Shown here: positions 9,605 to 18,352 of the stretch, one piece after another
Position numbering within the stretch: position 1 is the first letter of the stretch
Layout of the letters: each line of letters opens with the position of its first letter
Source of the DNA: Candidatus Hermodarchaeum yapensis
GTDB lineage: Archaea; Asgardarchaeota; Hermodarchaeia; Hermodarchaeales; Hermodarchaeaceae
Length of the DNA: 64,000 bases
Direction: 5' to 3'
Assembly: GCA_016840405.1 (NCBI GenBank)
Contig: JAEOSK010000006.1
Location: 37,260 to 101,259 of the forward strand
The notes under the pieces: model-generated
The model's database searches: none
Seen by the model: the letters and a program-made list of their open reading frames with translations, nothing else
What the model was told of the DNA's origin: nothing
Made by a program: the position numbers and the translations under genes

Positions 9605-10219
9605 ATGACTACAACGAAAGAGGAAAAGCGTTCATTTGACTGGGATCGCGTCTTCGGTGGAATTGGATCGATAACCTTCGGTTTGCAACTTCTCTCGTTT
9701 CTGATACTTCTAGGAGCGGGTATTGTATTTTTGCTCATGCTATCTGGCATCTGGGGATACCTAGTAGCCAATGAAGACATCTTTATATTCGTCTTATTAC
9801 TCGCAGGTGGCTTTGCATTTCTTGTCTTCGTTTGGTTGCTCGGAATCTTCCTTCGCTTCCATCGGGGAGTAAGAAAATTCATTGTTGGGCAAGGCGTCGG
9901 TGATATCGATGCTGACGATTCAGCGACAAAAACCATTCTTGCACTCTTTGCGATTTCTGTGCTATTTGTGTTAGTTGCAGGAATCTATGGATATTATCTG
10001 TTTTGGAAATACATCCTAGATTCATGGGGTGTCGCCTGGCTAGCCTCAATGGGATTGACTGGAGTGTTCTTCTACGAGATTGGATTACTAACCGTTTGGA
10101 TTGCTCTCGGAGTGATTATCATCACTTTCATCATGCAGATTCTAACACTCGCCATTAATCGGTATGCGGGAAGGCTCGTCGCTTCTGTTGACAGTGAAGC
10201 TGAACACCCGGGATCATGA
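9605..10219 (+). CDS. Hypothetical 4-TM membrane protein
   Basis: Four hydrophobic segments. Confidence 0.65.
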   Translation: MTTTKEEKRSFDWDRVFGGIGSITFGLQLLSFLILLGAGIVFLLMLSGIWGYLVANEDIFIFVLLLAGGFAFLVFVWLLGIFLRFHRGVRKFIVGQGVGDIDADDSATKTILALFAISVLFVLVAGIYGYYLFWKYILDSWGVAWLASMGLTGVFFYEIGLLTVWIALGVIIITFIMQILTLAINRYAGRLVASVDSEAEHPGS

Positions 10220-10271
10220 CAAAGAGTCTAGACGTCACAGTCTAATAGATCGTTATCCACAAAACTGGAAT

Positions 10272-11039
10272 ATGACCACCAATCTTCGGAGTCAATGGCA
10301 GGCTAATGCGAGGGCTTATTCCAAGTTAATCGCGGAGAAAGGCACCCCACATCATCGTGAGATTCTCAACCCATGCATTGAACGGCTAATGGGAGATGTG
10401 CTAGGAAAATACATTCTGGATGCTGGTTGTGGAGAAGGCTACCTTTCGCGTTTGTATGCACAAAAAGGCGCAAAAGTTACTGGGGTTGATTTTTCTCCTA
10501 GCCTGATTTCAGAATCCAAACAACGCTCCCAAAACTTCGATATTACATATCTTGTCGGAGACATTTGCCAGTTAGAAGATATACAGGCAAACCAGTTTGA
10601 CATTGTTCTCTGCAATCTTGTACTTCTCAATGTGAATTGCTTAGAAAGCAGCCTTCAAGAATTTCATCGTGTGTTACGGTCAGGAGGTTTTCTCATCTTT
10701 TCAGTTGTCCATCCTGCATTCAACGTGTATGGACCTGGCCAATGGGAACTTGGAGAAAAAGATCCTACAACAGGTCGGCGAAAAGGGCAATATTTTAAAA
10801 CTGATAATTATCACACTGAAAAAGAGTTCCAGATAAGATGGAATAGTCGGACAGGAGAGGGATTTCCAAAGAAGTTCAGTTTCTTCCATCGAACAATAAG
10901 TACCTATGTTAATACGGTTATCGAATCAGGGTTTCAGTTAGTAGCTTTCGAGGAACCGCTTCCATCAACGGACGCACCGTTTTTTGAACGCGAAAGACGT
11001 GTGCCATTCTTCCTTGTAATTAAAGCTGAAAAATCTTGA
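10272..11039 (+). CDS. Class I SAM-dependent methyltransferase
   Basis: ILDAGCGEG, GVDFS, RVLRSGG, HP.F, FHRT.S.Y; start uncertain. Confidence 0.88.
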   Translation: MTTNLRSQWQANARAYSKLIAEKGTPHHREILNPCIERLMGDVLGKYILDAGCGEGYLSRLYAQKGAKVTGVDFSPSLISESKQRSQNFDITYLVGDICQLEDIQANQFDIVLCNLVLLNVNCLESSLQEFHRVLRSGGFLIFSVVHPAFNVYGPGQWELGEKDPTTGRRKGQYFKTDNYHTEKEFQIRWNSRTGEGFPKKFSFFHRTISTYVNTVIESGFQLVAFEEPLPSTDAPFFERERRVPFFLVIKAEKS

Positions 11040-11046
11040 ACCACGC

Positions 11047-11685
11047 TCAGGTACGAATCTTCTGAGGAAGAAGTAGCGAAACTTCAGTAAACCGGTGAGG
11101 CCGCTTTAGCAAACGGGAGATAAAGCGCGTGAAAAGACGTTTATCTTCACCACATGCTGCAGCGAAACCTACGGGTGAGAGGCCCACTAAGATGAAACGA
11201 GTCGTTGCATTTAGAAGAGATGATTCAGTATACGGAGCTTTGGCGGTTTGTGATTCACTGTTTTCGAGCCCAGAGTCTTCGGTGATAAAAAGCGCTCCAG
11301 CTGATAGTCCACGAGGATGACTTTTTGTAAGTATTACGAATAATGGTGTATCCAGGGTGAGAGTAATTTCCTGAGGAGTTCTCACTTCTTCGATGACAGT
11401 TTTAATGGCCCATTCATCGTTTTGGCGAATTAATTCTAACAGTTGATTAAGAAAGGATTCACCTACGACCACCGTAGATGGAGAAAGGAGGGATTCTGCA
11501 TCCTGAAAATCGAGTGCCACCCGAATCTCTTGTCCTTCGGCCTCGCCTCGAATTATAACAACCCAGTTACTAGGTTCCTCCACCTTATTACACCTGAATG
11601 ATTTAGAGAACTTGTAGATTGATGAAGGCACAAGAAGAAATAACTCTTCGTACTTATGGCGTGATGAACGGAAAACCACGAGCAT
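11047..11685 (-). CDS. Hypothetical protein (true start probably downstream of 11685)
   Basis: Long ORF filling the gap; no recognised motif. Confidence 0.55.
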   Translation of the reverse strand: MLVVFRSSRHKYEELFLLVPSSIYKFSKSFRCNKVEEPSNWVVIIRGEAEGQEIRVALDFQDAESLLSPSTVVVGESFLNQLLELIRQNDEWAIKTVIEEVRTPQEITLTLDTPLFVILTKSHPRGLSAGALFITEDSGLENSESQTAKAPYTESSLLNATTRFILVGLSPVGFAAACGEDKRLFTRFISRLLKRPHRFTEVSLLLPQKIRT

Positions 11686-12058
11686 ACACGGTTACTGTGC
11701 CTTCTAGACTTCCTAGAGCACAGACAATCGTAATGGTGTAGGTACCAGTAATATCGAGCCATGGAGTCGTAACGGTTGTTGTTGATGTATCAATAGAAAG
11801 TGAAGCATTGAGCACGGTATTCGATGCATCTCGAATTTCATAGCCCCAGACGGCAGTAACGGACGTGAGTGTTATAATAACCTGCATCTGAGAATTTGGC
11901 CAATTGATTGCTCCTGGAATATTCGTTGAAGAAAGAACCCCAGTAAGACTAACTGGCGTCGATTGTACCGCAGAGGGGAATGCTAATCCGAGGTAAATTC
12001 CAGCGGAGATTATTACTATGATGATGATCCCAATGGCAACCTTTTTTCCTGTTTTCAT
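11654..12058 (-). CDS. Small membrane-anchored/secreted beta-rich protein
   Basis: Basic N-terminus plus hydrophobic helix; GGTGA RBS. Confidence 0.65.
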   Translation of the reverse strand: MKTGKKVAIGIIIIVIISAGIYLGLAFPSAVQSTPVSLTGVLSSTNIPGAINWPNSQMQVIITLTSVTAVWGYEIRDASNTVLNASLSIDTSTTTVTTPWLDITGTYTITIVCALGSLEGTVTVYARGFPFITP

Positions 12059-12199
12059 TATCTACTCACCTTCAGAATTTTCTTCTATTAGGTCCATGTT
12101 CTATTTATCATTCTTGCATGCTATGAGTAACTTTGTTATTCGTCCGAATAAAATATGAAAAAGATCTGAACCATAAGAGGCGCAAGGAGTCAGAATAAC

Positions 12200-13759
12200 T
12201 TGCCATTTCAGATTGATCTCATTATTCATAATGTTAACATCATCACCATGGATCCTGCTATGCCTAGAGCTGAAGCGATGGCGGTTACGAATGGACGGAT
12301 TATCGCGCTTGGCTCAGAGGAGGAATTGAAACCGCTTTTTGAGAATGCCAAAGATATCATTGATGGAAAAGGCCATACGGTGCTTCCGGGATTCATTGAC
12401 ACTCATGCCCATTTGGCTGGACTTGGTCGCAAATTATTTCACCTGGATCTTGGCGACACTACATCCGCAGAAGAAGCTATTCAATTAGTTGGAGAACGGG
12501 TGAAAAAGAGTCCACCTGGTAAGCTCATATTAGGTTACAGCTGGGATGAAAGCAAATGGACAACTCCTCGTTACATAACAAAAGATGACCTAGACCTGAT
12601 TGCTCCTGATAATCCAATCGTGTTGATTCGAGTTTGTGGTCATCTAGTAAGCACAAATTCAGCAGCGCTTAGGCAATTAGACATTGATGCAACGCATCCA
12701 GGAGTTGACAAAGACAATGACACTGGTGAACCAACAGGAGTTCTCCGGGATATTCCCATTGATACTAGGAAATTAGAAACCGATGAGGAAGATTTGGCTC
12801 AATCTATTATTGCTGCATGTCACTTCGCAAACAGCGTTGGTGTCACATCCGTACATGAGAATCTATACCGCCAACAGTTACAAACCGTTGCAGCGTTCAT
12901 TAAAGTCCGACAAGCACAACAACTTACCGTGAGAGTGTATGCCAATCTTGAAACTCAACTATTGGATAAGCTTGCAGGGCTAGGCTTACCTACCGGACTA
13001 GGAGACGAATACTTCAGGTTAGGCGGTGTGAAGGTTTTCATAGATGGATCCTTCGGAGCCCAAACCGCAGCACTTTCTCAACCTTACCAAGACCACTCAG
13101 AATCTGATGGCCTCCTACTCTTCGATGAAGAGGATTATCGATTTCTTCTCAAAACTGCCAACCAATTGGGGCTCCAAGTGAGTACTCATGCTATCGGTGA
13201 CCGGGGGATTGACATGGTTTTGAGAGCGCATGAACAAGTGAGCAAAGCTAAGTTCGTGAAAGAACTTCGGCACAATATCATTCATGCTGAATTTCTTACA
13301 CAACCGTTAATCGACCGAGTGAAAAAGTTGGATATACTTTTACTCCAACAACCGAATTTTGTGCATCGATGGGGACTCCCCGGAGAGATGTATTATTCCC
13401 GTCTGGGCCCGGAACGTGCTCAGCAATTAAACAATTTCCGGAAAATTTTAGATGCCGGTATCAAAATCGCGTTTGGATCTGATTGTATGCCGATGGACCC
13501 GATTTATGGAATCTATTCGGCTGTGACACACCCTAACCCTGCGACGCGAATTACTGTGGAGGAGGCAATTCGACTCTATACTGCTGATGCAGCATATGCC
13601 AGTTTTGAAGAACAAGATAAAGGAACGCTTGCCCTCGGAAAACTAGCTGATTTCATACGCATTTCCGGAGATCCCTTCACCCTGAAACCTGAGAACTTAC
13701 GGAATTTGAAAGTACTTGAAACCTATGTTGGTGGACGTCAGGTCTTTTCAAGTCTCTAA
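12200..13759 (+). CDS. Amidohydrolase 3 family (YtcJ-like)
   Basis: PGFIDTHAH, K.FIDGS.G..TA, HAIGDRG, FGSDC, G.L..GKLADF. Confidence 0.9.
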   Translation: MPFQIDLIIHNVNIITMDPAMPRAEAMAVTNGRIIALGSEEELKPLFENAKDIIDGKGHTVLPGFIDTHAHLAGLGRKLFHLDLGDTTSAEEAIQLVGERVKKSPPGKLILGYSWDESKWTTPRYITKDDLDLIAPDNPIVLIRVCGHLVSTNSAALRQLDIDATHPGVDKDNDTGEPTGVLRDIPIDTRKLETDEEDLAQSIIAACHFANSVGVTSVHENLYRQQLQTVAAFIKVRQAQQLTVRVYANLETQLLDKLAGLGLPTGLGDEYFRLGGVKVFIDGSFGAQTAALSQPYQDHSESDGLLLFDEEDYRFLLKTANQLGLQVSTHAIGDRGIDMVLRAHEQVSKAKFVKELRHNIIHAEFLTQPLIDRVKKLDILLLQQPNFVHRWGLPGEMYYSRLGPERAQQLNNFRKILDAGIKIAFGSDCMPMDPIYGIYSAVTHPNPATRITVEEAIRLYTADAAYASFEEQDKGTLALGKLADFIRISGDPFTLKPENLRNLKVLETYVGGRQVFSSL

Positions 13760-14740
13760 TGGCCGCTTCCGCATCAAAAATGCAGTCGTTTCTTGAAGGT
13801 TAGGAAATAGCGTTTGGCCAGGCTGTCGGGATACTCGTAAAGCAGCTACCGCATTGGCGAAGACTGCAGCCCGACCCATAGTGGCTCCAGAAATCATACT
13901 CACAGCAAAGCCAGCATCAAAGGCATCACCGGCCGCTGTAGTATCCTGAACCTCAACATCGAAGGCAGGTATATGATGTTGATCACGTTTTGTTGCTAAC
14001 AAACAGCCTTTCTTGCCTAGTTTTACTACGAGAGCAGGAGCTCCAGCTTCGATGAGTAGTTGAGCTCCTTTCCGTGGACTACGCTCACCTGTTAGCGCCT
14101 TGACTTCATCACCATTTGGAAAAAACACATCAACAAATTGAAGAATTTCTTTTACCTCTTCAACAGTATCGTCTGACCAGTCAGCAGGATCCCAGCCTGT
14201 GTCGAAAGATGTTGTTGCTCCCCGTGATTTTGCTAGTTTTAATAATTCTACTAAAGGTCGACCTTGAAGAGCATCTAGAAGGTGATACCCAGCTAAATGA
14301 ACCCATCGCGGTGGTGGATCTTGTTTGAGACATACTTCAAGGTCATCCAGTTGGAGTTGGGCGTTCGTTCCTTTGAAGGTGACAAAAGCCCGTTCACCAT
14401 CTTCGCGTATCATGGCAATTGTGACTCCTGTCGAGGAATCCTCGGCGAGTCGTAAGCATTGAGTATCGACATCAACCTCTCGAAAAGCTTTCAACACGAC
14501 TTCGCCAAATTGGTCAACCGCTAGACGACCTGCAAATCCTGTTTTGACACCAAGGCTAGCCGCACAAAGGGCAAAATTCGCCGCAGATCCTGCAGCCCGA
14601 GTCAGCATTTCAGGCACAACAACTTCGCGACCAAAACCTGGCATCTTTTCCAATTGTGGAAATACAAATTCAGCATTTGCATCCCCAATTGCCAATATTT
14701 GTACTACCGTCGGGATGACCACTCTTTTTTGCTGATTCAT
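13748..14740 (-). CDS. PfkB family carbohydrate kinase
   Basis: AGSAANFA, PN..E, VKLGKKG, DTTAAGDAF. Confidence 0.9.
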   Translation of the reverse strand: MNQQKRVVIPTVVQILAIGDANAEFVFPQLEKMPGFGREVVVPEMLTRAAGSAANFALCAASLGVKTGFAGRLAVDQFGEVVLKAFREVDVDTQCLRLAEDSSTGVTIAMIREDGERAFVTFKGTNAQLQLDDLEVCLKQDPPPRWVHLAGYHLLDALQGRPLVELLKLAKSRGATTSFDTGWDPADWSDDTVEEVKEILQFVDVFFPNGDEVKALTGERSPRKGAQLLIEAGAPALVVKLGKKGCLLATKRDQHHIPAFDVEVQDTTAAGDAFDAGFAVSMISGATMGRAAVFANAVAALRVSRQPGQTLFPNLQETTAFLMRKRPLET

Positions 14741-14832
14741 TTTTCTGACCCCGTAACCAACTCTAAATGTTGAGTGGACTAAGTATTGACATTCTCCACG
14801 ATTGAAATCGGGAGATTTGTGGATTTATGATA

Positions 14833-15087
14833 CTCCAAAGGGTATGCCACCACCCTGTTACCCAGTTCCACCTCATGACCGTGCTAGCTGATTCGCCACC
14901 GAATCCGTGAGCGCAGTCATCACGGGTGCAAGCCCTATTCTAGCGAGGGGTCGTTGCTTTGCGGTGAAGAATAGTCCGCTGCCTGTTAAGAGGGGTTGCC
15001 GTGGTGTTGAAAGACACGCCAGGTGGGATAAGGTTTATTATGTTCCCTTGGAGACTGCCAAATCTTCAGCGGCTCACCGCACTAGCT
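14833..15087 (+). ncRNA. Candidate structured ncRNA with RNase P/MRP-like P4-type pseudoknot (unassigned)
   Basis: GC-rich intergenic block; hairpins GGGT-GCAA-GCCC and GTGTT-GAAA-GACAC; GCAGTC/GACTGC and AGTCCGCTG/CAGCGGCT long-range pairings. Confidence 0.4.
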
Positions 15088-15221
15088 TTTTAGCGTGAAT
15101 CTATATAAACGCCGCGGCGATAAATCAACCCGAATAAATGCGATGCCCTGATCGCTAAAGTTAGCCTAATATTAATATTGGGAATATCCGCTCCGCTTAC
15201 TCGGCTAAAAGAAGAAGGGGA

Positions 15222-15255
15222 TGAACGCTCTTGCCTGTTGGCAATGAGGCGTTCT
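15222..15255 (-). terminator. Hairpin (GAACGC..TTGCC-AACA-GGCAA..CGTTC) followed by pyrimidine tract downstream of alba
   Basis: Inverted repeat then CCCCTTCTTCTTTT on the minus strand. Confidence 0.45.
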
Positions 15256-15333
15256 CACCTGCCGGATTGGCTTTCAAGCGATATCTGATTGTTTGGTTGA
15301 TTCGTTGTTCGTAGATGGCACTTAGACCTGTTT

Positions 15334-15774
15334 CTACCCGCGAACCAATGTGATTTCCATAGCTGAGACGTTTGCGACGTTACCCTCTGCAGTTTTGACT
15401 TGTTCAGTGGAGATCTCAATTTCGCTGACGACAAGATCAGTCATGAAGCGATTTCGGAGAACTTCAGCTACGTCCACAGCACGACTGATGGCTCGACCAC
15501 GCGCTTTAATGACTAGTTCCTCTGGATTTCGATTGAGTTGAGTAACACAAGCAGTAATGTAGCTCATTAGCGGTTTACTGCCCACGAATACGACGCTTTC
15601 ATCACGCCGGGTCTTTGGTGCTTCAGCCTTTTTCTCCTCTTTCTTCGGAGCTTTTTCGGCCTTTGGTTCTTCAGCTTTCACTTTTTCAGCTTTGGGTTCT
15701 TTTGCTTTGGGTTCTTTTGCTTTTTTAGTCTCAGCAGACTTGGATTCTTTAGACATTTTGGATATTTCCTCCAT
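15334..15774 (-). CDS. albA: DNA/RNA-binding protein Alba with K/E/A/P-rich N-terminal extension
   Basis: VFVGSKPLMSY, IKARGRAISRAVDVAE..RNRF, VS..EI.L. Confidence 0.93.
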   Translation of the reverse strand: MEEISKMSKESKSAETKKAKEPKAKEPKAEKVKAEEPKAEKAPKKEEKKAEAPKTRRDESVVFVGSKPLMSYITACVTQLNRNPEELVIKARGRAISRAVDVAEVLRNRFMTDLVVSEIEISTEQVKTAEGNVANVSAMEITLVRG

Positions 15775-15943
15775 CTCTGGTTGTATTGTATTCTAGTTTC
15801 ACCAGATTGTCTTGTGACCTATTGCAGAAGGAGTTAGAAACCTCCTCCGCAATATTGGTGAGTGGAATCGATACTCTGGCTATAACTTTAAAATGTTTGG
15901 TTTAACCCCGATTTTCGTGACTTCAAGGAGAGAGCCAATTTGA

Positions 15944-17023
15944 TTAATCAAAACTTTGACGTTTTCGCCAAAGAACTAATAGAATCAGCACAATTACAAC
16001 TATAACAAGAATCATTAATGCAAAAATGAGGGGTAAAAACCACGGATCCGTTACTCGGAAAATGGTGGGGGCAACCAGTTGTTTTTGTACGAAAGCTTCA
16101 ACGACTCGTCCTACGGCTTCTAAGGATTCAGGTGAGCACTTATCGGGCGTATCCTCTAAAGTGTGCCATGGAGGATAATCAAAGTCAATAATATCAATAG
16201 CGGGAATTCCTGCCCTCAAGAATGGGCGATGATCATCACCGATGTTATAGCCAGGAACATCGAGAAACACATCATCATATTGAAGATCTGCCGCAATTTG
16301 CCAAATGGCATTGACGAGGGAGGGGGTAGAACTGAGCTCGTGTTTCAATTGTAAATCTGCATCACCCATCATATCAAGAAGGACTGCTGCCTGGATGTTG
16401 TTTTTCTGATACTCCGTTAGACTGTTCACGTAATAGGTTGATCCAACAATATAGTCCCATCCATTCCAATTTCCTGAATCCTCGGCATCAACAAAGAGAA
16501 GAGTGACTGCGTTTTGTGCCCCCTCAGGAAGAACACAGGCTAGCTCAAGAAGTGCAGCGACACCACTGGCGCCGTCGTTAGCCCCTAGAATTGGTTGTGC
16601 CCGATTTTCCAAGTTTGAATCCATATCAGCTATGGGTCGAGTATCGTAATGAGCAATTAATACATAACGTGGTGAGCTACTCGCACCTGCGATAATATTA
16701 CGAAGCGGCGTATCCAAGTGTGTCCAAGTTTGCCTTTGTATGTTCCAACCTTGGTTTTCCAGTGATGCAATAATGTAATCGCCACAAGCCGTAAGGTTGC
16801 TTGAACCCGGCGGACGTGGACCAAAGGCACATTGATCTTCTAAATATGTGAAGGCGCGAGTGCCGTTAAATTCCAAACAACATTGTTGCGGAAGAATTGA
16901 ATATTCATTAACGGCTGTGAATTCTTTTGATGAATTCACTGGAAGTGGGAGAAGCAAGAGTGTCAGTAATACAACCATTGTGAAGACAATAATCACCGAG
17001 TGAGATTTTGAATGACGGTTCAT
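15944..17023 (-). CDS. M28-family peptidase / glutaminyl cyclase-like, secreted with C-terminal TM anchor
   Basis: FGPRPPGS, AHYDTRP, GANDGASGVA, DAED.G, LLDM.G, DDHRPF, WHT..D. Confidence 0.85.
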   Translation of the reverse strand: MNRHSKSHSVIIVFTMVVLLTLLLLPLPVNSSKEFTAVNEYSILPQQCCLEFNGTRAFTYLEDQCAFGPRPPGSSNLTACGDYIIASLENQGWNIQRQTWTHLDTPLRNIIAGASSSPRYVLIAHYDTRPIADMDSNLENRAQPILGANDGASGVAALLELACVLPEGAQNAVTLLFVDAEDSGNWNGWDYIVGSTYYVNSLTEYQKNNIQAAVLLDMMGDADLQLKHELSSTPSLVNAIWQIAADLQYDDVFLDVPGYNIGDDHRPFLRAGIPAIDIIDFDYPPWHTLEDTPDKCSPESLEAVGRVVEAFVQKQLVAPTIFRVTDPWFLPLIFALMILVIVVIVLILLVLWRKRQSFD

Positions 17024-17128
17024 AGATGCACCCGAATTGATGACTACGCCCTTAGAAAGGAATTGAGCAAACCCGAAACCTATAAAAGTAGTGGACTGAT
17101 GCCAACCGTCACAGCCTGGTGCTCTAGT

Positions 17129-17521
17129 ATGTCGAAAGAATCTGATGAACTCAAACGCATCCGTGAACGGAAAATGCAAGCGTTAATCAAAGAGCAAGAG
17201 CGCCGTGAAGCCGTCGAATCATTAGTAGCTGATCGTGAAAAAGAAAGGGAACAACTGATTCAACAGTTATTCCTGCCGGATGCCGTGTCATATCTGGAAG
17301 AACTCAAGAAAACGAAACCGAAGATTGCAAATCGCATTGAAGATCTAGCCATTGCACTCTATTTGCGACAGCAACTGATTAACCGCATCCCCAAAACTGG
17401 CGTTATTATGGTTCAACGCAAATTAGAAGGAGTCGAACCAAAAATCACCGTTAAACGCCGCGGAGAAGATGAAGTAAGCTTTTATGAAGCTGTAAAAAAG
17501 GACCTTGCGGATAAGCACTGA
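17129..17521 (+). CDS. PDCD5/TFAR19-like DNA-binding protein
   Basis: DELKRIRERKM, P.A...L..LK..KP..A..IE, KITVKRR. Confidence 0.75.
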   Translation: MSKESDELKRIRERKMQALIKEQERREAVESLVADREKEREQLIQQLFLPDAVSYLEELKKTKPKIANRIEDLAIALYLRQQLINRIPKTGVIMVQRKLEGVEPKITVKRRGEDEVSFYEAVKKDLADKH

Positions 17522-17586
17522 AACCCAAGAAATCCACTATGATTTCTTAGAAAATTTCCGTTGGTTCAGGGGTACATTTATTGTTC

Positions 17587-18072
17587 TTAATAAGCTGCCG
17601 AGGGTACGGTCCCAGCGGAGGTTTCTTTTAAAACCCGACCTTGTTGATTCTGGAGAGCAACTCGAATCACACTTACTGCATTTGCACCCCAGACAGTTCG
17701 TTTGATATCTCGCTCCAGCATTTTCACTGCAGCACCATTGGTTAGCTCCTGAAACGCCGTTGGACCCATGTGGAGTAATAGATGAAGAACTGTACCTGAT
17801 TCGTGGAACAAGGGATCAGGGGGGAGGTCAATTTCAGGGGTTTCAATGGATGAGGCAATGGTTGATGGTTTCCAATGGAAATAGCGTTTACGGGCTTCTC
17901 TTCGAATATCCACGAGCCCTGCGCAACATAACACTTCAATGACATCGTAAAGACGTCGTTTTTCTTTAAGTGGCAATCCTAGATGCATGAGGAGTGTATT
18001 GGCCGTGTATTCCTGCTGAGGATGTTCCCGCAAAAAACTGATTACATGGCTAGCAATTTCGCCTAATTTCAT
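17587..18072 (-). CDS. E2F/DP-like winged-helix DNA-binding protein
   Basis: KRRLYDVIEVL..AGLV....KRYFHWK resembles the E2F/DP RRxYD..NVL..GL...W signature; ATG 18072 after GAGGA. Confidence 0.7.
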   Translation of the reverse strand: MKLGEIASHVISFLREHPQQEYTANTLLMHLGLPLKEKRRLYDVIEVLCCAGLVDIRREARKRYFHWKPSTIASSIETPEIDLPPDPLFHESGTVLHLLLHMGPTAFQELTNGAAVKMLERDIKRTVWGANAVSVIRVALQNQQGRVLKETSAGTVPSAAY

Positions 18073-18352
18073 GGTGATATCCTCGCCCAGTCCAAAGAAT
18101 TTCAAGGGTTCGTGAGGGCCCACTCAGAGGAAGATGATAAGCCAACCTCATCACCTTTGGACCCAGTACTCACTTCCCTCGAAATCTAAGTGATGTTCCT
18201 ATCTCTTCTCCCTTCTTGTTAAAAAGTGCTGGTAATACGTTTCGTGCCATTCGTCCAAATTGCAGTAACATTAGGAGTTCATTATAAATCAGGAAAAGGA
18301 CAGAGCTTAAATCAGTAAATTCCCAGCTATTGGGTGGGGTTCTTCAGTCGGA

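Noticed and set aside
14961-15080. 120-nt segment with a terminal stem, the size of 5S rRNA
   Set aside because: Lacks the conserved 5S motifs (CCGAAC, GAAGTTAAG) on either strand
14833-15087. SRP RNA
   Set aside because: No helix 8 motif (CAGG..GGAA..AGCAG) found on either strand
14907-15098. 63-aa ORF over the structured region
   Set aside because: No RBS or protein-like features; the sequence is better explained by RNA pairing
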